Source: an uncultured virus (IMG/VR IMGVR_UViG_3300031823_000005)
Lineage: Duplodnaviria > Heunggongvirae > Uroviricota > Caudoviricetes
Virus record (IMG/VR): IMGVR_UViG_3300031823_000005
Length of the DNA: 20,000 nt
Direction: 5' to 3' (one strand)
Shown piece by piece: positions 15,954 to 20,000 of the stretch (position 1 is its first letter; every line of letters starts with the position of its first letter). Made by a program: the position numbers and the translations under genes. Under the pieces are notes generated by a model. That model worked only from the letters and a program-made list of their open reading frames with translations. It was not told the origin of the DNA and ran no database searches.

Positions 15954-16850
15954 TTAGCCTTTACCTTCAGACCTCAACTCGGCTGCGGCTGCCATTGCTG
16001 CCGCTGAAAGCGTTGCATCCTCGGGGAGCCCATCCGGACCCTTGCCGGCCCTCCGAAGCTGAAGAGGACCAAGATCGGACGGTGCAGGAGAAGCGCCACT
16101 TCCCGGAAAATTCTTTTTTGAAAGCTCTTCTTTCACTCGCTTGTCCGTCTCGGTCTTGATCTTATTCTCAGTGCGCTTGTCATTCACAAACGCCTTGTAA
16201 GCCGTATCCAAATCCTCGATCTTGTTATCTGCTACAAACTTCGAAAAAGCTTTGCGATCGAACGGCTCACCAAACTCTTGACGGTGTTCGTAATTGAAAT
16301 CCATCATCTTCTGATTCCACTCCAAAACATTCGGGAGTGTGTCTTTCAAAAACGAACTACGTTCCTGATCAGCAAGCTTTTTTGCTTCAGCAGCTACGAT
16401 CTCACCCAACTCAGTTTTCGAAACGTAACCGCGCTTGTTGATCTCCTCCTGAACTTTCGACATCAATTTCGTTTCATCCACTTCGCCACCCCCGCCGCCA
16501 GATCCAGATCCTCCACCACCGCTCCCTTCTGCCGCTTTCCGAACCTGCTCCTCGAGATCTTTGTTTTTCTCAGAGAGTTTCTTGAACTCATCCATCAACT
16601 GAGTGTGCCGAGGCGCGTTTTCGTCATACCACTTCTGGAATTCAGCAGCTTTTTTTCTGGCAGCCAAAAGAGCTTCTTGTTCCTTTTCCCGATCCGTCTT
16701 CACTTCATTCATCTTGCGATCGTAATCGCTCTGACGGAGATACCCTTCAGAAAGAACCGGGTATTTTTCAAGAAGCTTTCTTTGTTCTTCTCTCTCTTTC
16801 TCATCCGGGATGGACGCTAAAAGATCTTCCAATTCCTTCTTCAATGCCAT
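15954..16850 (-). CDS. Capsid scaffolding protein (298 aa)
   Basis: Highly charged coiled-coil with a Gly/Ser linker, located between portal and capsid genes. AAGGAG RBS. Confidence 0.8.
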   Translation of the reverse strand: MALKKELEDLLASIPDEKEREEQRKLLEKYPVLSEGYLRQSDYDRKMNEVKTDREKEQEALLAARKKAAEFQKWYDENAPRHTQLMDEFKKLSEKNKDLEEQVRKAAEGSGGGGSGSGGGGGEVDETKLMSKVQEEINKRGYVSKTELGEIVAAEAKKLADQERSSFLKDTLPNVLEWNQKMMDFNYEHRQEFGEPFDRKAFSKFVADNKIEDLDTAYKAFVNDKRTENKIKTETDKRVKEELSKKNFPGSGASPAPSDLGPLQLRRAGKGPDGLPEDATLSAAAMAAAAELRSEGKG

Positions 16851-16863
16851 ACTGCATCTCCTT

Positions 16864-16892
16864 TTCCCCTTCCGCTATGCGGCTGCGGGGAA
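16864..16892 (-). promoter_or_regulatory. Hairpin abutting the scaffold RBS
   Basis: TTCCCC-GCAG-CCGC-ATA-GCGG-AA-GGGGAA directly 5' of AAGGAG. Confidence 0.5.
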
Positions 16893-16900
16893 CTGCGGAT

Positions 16901-17305
16901 TTAACCTGGGAAGCCCTTCGCTGATTCACCTTGCGCTGGCTTTGCACTCATACCAGATCCTTCGGACCCAGACTCCGAAGGACTAGCATTCGGCTTTTTC
17001 TTGGAAATTACGTCGCCAACTCCCTGTTCGAGAATCGACGTCGCCCGATTAACAAAGGGAGCCATCCCCTCATCCATTCGAGCTAATTGATTTGCAGCTT
17101 TTTTGATCGTATCGAGAAGAGCAAGCATCGCGCCTTGCGGATGGACACCTGCTACAGATTCCATGTTGTCAGAAGTCGAATCTTTCTTCAGCTTCCCGGC
17201 CAACATCGAACTCAAACCGGACAGGTCCCCACCACCTTGCTGGCCCGTAACTTCCGGTGGCTGTGGTGGGGGACTACTTAGATTTGTGGCTTGGAACCCG
17301 CCCAT
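16901..17305 (-). CDS. 134-aa hypothetical protein with disordered ends and a helical core
   Basis: Fills the operon slot before the scaffold gene. Pro/Gly/Ser-rich termini. No clear RBS. Confidence 0.7.
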   Translation of the reverse strand: MGGFQATNLSSPPPQPPEVTGQQGGGDLSGLSSMLAGKLKKDSTSDNMESVAGVHPQGAMLALLDTIKKAANQLARMDEGMAPFVNRATSILEQGVGDVISKKKPNASPSESGSEGSGMSAKPAQGESAKGFPG

Positions 17306-17324
17306 GAGATCGTCTCAAAAGAGA

Positions 17325-17498
17325 CTACCCTTGCTCTCCGCCGCCGCCGTGCCCGGTCTTTGCGTCCGTGCTTACCGGCCTGTGATTCAGCGGAACTACG
17401 CTTCCAACCTGAAGGAAATTCCCCTTCTTCACTCCTTCAACCTTAGAATCGTCACCGTGACCTTCCCGGCGCTCTGCTTTCTCGCGTTTCACTGCCAT
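17325..17498 (-). CDS. 57-aa small protein (below the ORF-track cutoff)
   Basis: GGGAGG RBS. MAVKREKAERREGHGDDSKVEGVKKGNFLQVGSVVPLNHRPVSTDAKTGHGGGGEQG. Confidence 0.7.
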   Translation of the reverse strand: MAVKREKAERREGHGDDSKVEGVKKGNFLQVGSVVPLNHRPVSTDAKTGHGGGGEQG

Positions 17499-17508
17499 GG
17501 CTGCCTCC

Positions 17509-17673
17509 CTAAACTCGGGCTCCCGCCCGTCTTGCCTTACTCAAAAAAATCGCTCGACGCTGCTTCTCGGCCTGCTTACGGCCTTTCTTCTTTCGAGTCT
17601 TCGCCAAAACTTTCGGCGGATTGTTTTTCAACTCCATCCCAATACGGTGCTTAATGTCGTCATTACGACTCAA
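17509..17673 (-). CDS. 54-aa highly basic protein with a DUF6496-like C-terminus
   Basis: TTG start overlapping the LAGLIDADG stop (TTGA). MSRNDDIKHRIGMELKNNPPKVLAKTRKKKGRKQAEKQRRAIFLSKARRAGARV; 19 of 54 residues are K/R. Confidence 0.7.
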   Translation of the reverse strand: MSRNDDIKHRIGMELKNNPPKVLAKTRKKKGRKQAEKQRRAIFLSKARRAGARV

Positions 17674-18146
17674 GCTGCACCACGCTTATTTAAAACACGA
17701 ATCTTTGATCTCAAATCCTCACGTACCGTCAACTCCAAACTCGTCAAAGGATTGCTTTGATTTCGCCCATCAGAAAATGTCCTACGAAACGCAATTGCGA
17801 TTTCAGCCTGCTGTTTCTTTAAAAGAAGCCAAGGATAAACCCCTAAAACAATCTCCTCGGCATGTTTACTTCTCAAACTCCACTGATAAAACTTTTTAGC
17901 CTTTTTGTTAGGCAAAAACCTTGGTTCACCAGAACACTTTGGTCCACCAAAAGTCTCTCTCAACCAAACAGTCAATCTTGGATCAGTGTTAGAAATACTC
18001 ACTTCAAGAGCAAGATGACCAGTGGCCTTATCAGAACGGATAAAAATACTGCCTTCACCATCGACAAAAGCAGCCAATCTAATCCAATCTGCTTGACAAG
18101 GACTCTTACCAGTCCTCTCCAAGATCGACTTTGACTTTGGAGCCAT
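17670..18146 (-). CDS. Freestanding single-motif LAGLIDADG homing endonuclease-like protein (158 aa)
   Basis: WIRLAAFVDGEGSIFI helix, 'VSISNTDPRLTVWLRETFGG', 'YQW', 'PWLLLKKQQAEIAIAF', C-terminal 'IRVLNKRG'. Confidence 0.9.
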   Translation of the reverse strand: MAPKSKSILERTGKSPCQADWIRLAAFVDGEGSIFIRSDKATGHLALEVSISNTDPRLTVWLRETFGGPKCSGEPRFLPNKKAKKFYQWSLRSKHAEEIVLGVYPWLLLKKQQAEIAIAFRRTFSDGRNQSNPLTSLELTVREDLRSKIRVLNKRGAA

Positions 18147-18151
18147 CGCCG

Positions 18152-18292
18152 TTAGTAGCGGCTACGCCCGCCGCGGCGCCCAGGAGCAATCTTGCGATGC
18201 TTGCTCGGGTTGTCACCGTGACGAAGACCGCGCGTCTTCTTACCCCACTTTGAATCCACTTGCCCCTTATGGTGTCCACGCTTTGCGGCCAT
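18152..18292 (-). CDS. 46-aa highly basic, protamine-like protein
   Basis: AGGAGG RBS. MAAKRGHHKGQVDSKWGKKTRGLRHGDNPSKHRKIAPGRRGGRSRY; 15 of 46 residues are K/R. Confidence 0.75.
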   Translation of the reverse strand: MAAKRGHHKGQVDSKWGKKTRGLRHGDNPSKHRKIAPGRRGGRSRY

Positions 18293-18312
18293 CTCATTCC
18301 TCCTGGTTTTGC

Positions 18313-18350
18313 AAAAAAAATGGCCCCCAAAGATTTCTCTTTAGGAGCCA
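18313..18350 (-). terminator. Strong intrinsic terminator
   Basis: TGGCTCCTAAAGA-GAAA-TCTTTGGGGGCCA-TTTTTTTT: 13-bp stem with two G-U pairs, GNRA loop, 8 U. Confidence 0.85.
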
Positions 18351-18412
18351 ACTACCAGCCAAATCCTTTTTCAGGGAGCTAGTGTCAAAGGCCCGAACTA
18401 CTTTCGACGTTG

Positions 18413-18443
18413 AGTTTACGCTTTTCGTCTACCTAATTGTCAA
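18413..18443 (-). promoter_or_regulatory. Putative sigma70-type promoter
   Basis: Perfect TTGACA (18443-18438) and TAAACT (18418-18413). The 19-nt spacer is longer than optimal. Confidence 0.5.
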
Positions 18444-18445
18444 GT

Positions 18446-18655
18446 CTATTTGTAAATCTGTCGCGTAACCGTCTCTACTCCCGCAACTCCACCTGTCTTA
18501 AACTGAATCGTCACAGATCCAGTCTTCCTTTCCCTGATAAAACAATCGACGGCTGCAAACAGTTCTTTTGGAACAGTGACAACATCTTTTTCATCAGGAT
18601 CAACAATAACTGCCAATCCTTTAGGAATATTCGTCAAAACTTGAGGCATTGTCAT
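18446..18655 (-). CDS. 69-aa small protein, DUF2292(YezD)-like
   Basis: ATGA overlap with the portal stop. 'KTGSVTIQFKTGGVAGVETVTRQ' resembles the DUF2292 helix plus beta-hairpin pattern. Confidence 0.6.
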   Translation of the reverse strand: MTMPQVLTNIPKGLAVIVDPDEKDVVTVPKELFAAVDCFIRERKTGSVTIQFKTGGVAGVETVTRQIYK

Positions 18656-20000
18656 TTCTTTACCATATCCCCACCGGGTTGCTTCCCACCTTTCCCGGCA
18701 TGCATTGGAACTCCAGCTTGCGCTTCACGCTTCAACTCTTTCTCAACATCCTCGACGTCGTAACCGAGATCGAGAATTTCAAACAAATGCTTGCGGTCCA
18801 TGTCTCCCATCAACCTCAACCGGAGCATAACCATCGCCTTCTCAAACCGCCGCGCATTCAGCAAAGAATCAGGCTCGATCATAAACTTAAATCGACGCGC
18901 GTGATCTTCTGGATTAACTCCACCAGGAATCATCGTATCCGGATCCCAATCAAAATCCTCAAACGTCAAACCTTTCTGTCCCAACAAAAACAAACGGCGC
19001 TTCGCATCGTAAAACTGAAAGATGTTAGAAATTTGCTGCGATCCCAAATCCCGCAGAAACACTTCGATATTCCGGCCCTTCAAACGAATCGGAGTCAATT
19101 GCATTTCTTTCATCCGATCAAGAGACTCTCCGGAAGGAACTTGCTTCTTTTGCATTGCCTGATTAACAGCAGACACGCCGGAAGAAGTATCCATCTCTCG
19201 AGCAGCCAACATCATCATCTGCATGACATAACTCGGAAGATTAGGCGCCTGCGTAAAATCAGGCTTCTGCGCGGCTACCGGACTATACGCCGCCTTCATC
19301 CCAGGCATTCCCCAATCCATTGACTCCCACTGCCCTTCAGTGAAAGCATTTTTAGGGGCAAAGAAACCAGGATTCGTCGCCTTCTTGATCATGTCAATGA
19401 CGCCGGCAAGAATATTGTTAATGATGTCCTGAAGCTGAACCATACTATTCAGGTCACTCAACCCCATGATTTGCCACGGCACAGCATTCATGCGAAGCAT
19501 CCCAAATGGATACTTACCATGCCAATACGGATTCGGGACATCCGCCATAATTTGACGGCCACCCATAATCAAAAGTCGGCCGCGCGGATACAAACGCTCA
19601 CCCGGCTTAACTGAATAGCACCGATTAGTTCCCTTCTCTCCCATCAAAACATTCGCGTTTGATTCGTTGTAGGACCAATCCTGAATCCAAAACTCTCGGT
19701 ACAAAGACTCAGGATAAGTGCTGTTCGAAACCCTCGCTGGATTTCCAATCAATCTCTTCATCGCAGGACTAAGATTGTCGTAGAGCATCGCTGGAACATG
19801 CCCAGGTCTTTCTGGCATAGAGGCATAACGAGAGTAAGCAGGATCCGCCTCAACTAAATGAGCCCGCCGAGGAAACTTTCTTCTGAAAAATCCAAGAGAC
19901 TGAACAGATTGATAAACCACTGCCTGAGCAGTTTGAATATGATGCTTCGCTTTCAAAGTCATCACATCGTTTGGACCTAGAGGAAGACACTCCAAATCTC
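18652..20000 (-). CDS. Phage portal protein (C-terminal part; start lies beyond the window)
   Basis: 'LYPRGRLLIMGG...DVPNPYWHGKYPF...GLSDLNSMVQLQDIIN...MDTSSGVSAVNQ...SGESLDRM...RLKGRNIE' has a P22-like portal pattern. The frame stays open to the edge. Confidence 0.88.
   Translation of the reverse strand, partial: DLECLPLGPNDVMTLKAKHHIQTAQAVVYQSVQSLGFFRRKFPRRAHLVEADPAYSRYASMPERPGHVPAMLYDNLSPAMKRLIGNPARVSNSTYPESLYREFWIQDWSYNESNANVLMGEKGTNRCYSVKPGERLYPRGRLLIMGGRQIMADVPNPYWHGKYPFGMLRMNAVPWQIMGLSDLNSMVQLQDIINNILAGVIDMIKKATNPGFFAPKNAFTEGQWESMDWGMPGMKAAYSPVAAQKPDFTQAPNLPSYVMQMMMLAAREMDTSSGVSAVNQAMQKKQVPSGESLDRMKEMQLTPIRLKGRNIEVFLRDLGSQQISNIFQFYDAKRRLFLLGQKGLTFEDFDWDPDTMIPGGVNPEDHARRFKFMIEPDSLLNARRFEKAMVMLRLRLMGDMDRKHLFEILDLGYDVEDVEKELKREAQAGVPMHAGKGGKQPGGDMVKK

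Larger units (their letters stand above)
1..20000 (-). mobile_element. Tailed phage/prophage structural module
   Basis: Co-oriented, translationally coupled portal-scaffold-capsid-adaptor-fibre gene order. Confidence 0.92.

Noticed and set aside
15851..16892. GGAAG...GCAGCC resembles SRP (4.5S) RNA helix 8
   Set aside because: The CAGG/AGCA symmetric loop and GGAA tetraloop geometry are absent; here GGAAG lies in an internal loop.
11937..18146. Group I intron or intein context for the LAGLIDADG genes
   Set aside because: Flanking genes are intact and abut or overlap the ORFs. There is no room for a ribozyme core and no intein C/S...HN termini.
18106..18351. 81-aa minus-strand ORF
   Set aside because: It starts inside the terminator hairpin. 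The 46-aa frame at 18152-18292 has the AGGAGG RBS and fits the operon.
64..19323. Numerous plus-strand ORFs (e.g. 64-534, 4226-4672, 16278-16820, 18649-19323) and short alternative-frame minus ORFs
   Set aside because: They are antisense or frame shadows of long coherent minus-strand genes, with no recognisable motifs.
1..20000. Host assignment (style suggests a diderm soil bacterium such as Acidobacteriota)
   Set aside because: There are no host genes, tRNA or att site in the window, so this is an impression only.

Overview
This window is the virion morphogenesis operon of a tailed dsDNA (pro)phage with podovirus-like gene order, and every credible gene lies on the minus strand. In transcription order (right to left) it encodes: portal (5'-truncated by the window), a DUF2292-like 69-aa protein, a promoter/structured leader/terminator, three tiny ORFs missed by the ORF track, a freestanding LAGLIDADG endonuclease, a 134-aa protein, scaffold, major capsid protein, decoration-like proteins, a head-tail adaptor-like protein, a second LAGLIDADG, and several small genes. 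These are followed by a 2337-aa mosaic tail-fibre/tailspike-like protein, a 447-aa two-domain beta protein, and a >853-aa propeller plus RIFT/PcRGLX-like protein that runs off the window. The most striking feature is that the three consecutive fibre/receptor-binding-like proteins, plus a 130-aa protein inside the capsid cluster, begin with Sec-type signal peptides, and the 2337-aa fibre is full of closely spaced Cys pairs. This suggests exported, periplasm-folded virion appendages. The intergenic regions share recurring RNA/DNA motifs and strong terminators, and a sharp GC break lies inside the giant fibre gene. All family assignments come from motif recognition by eye, not database searches.
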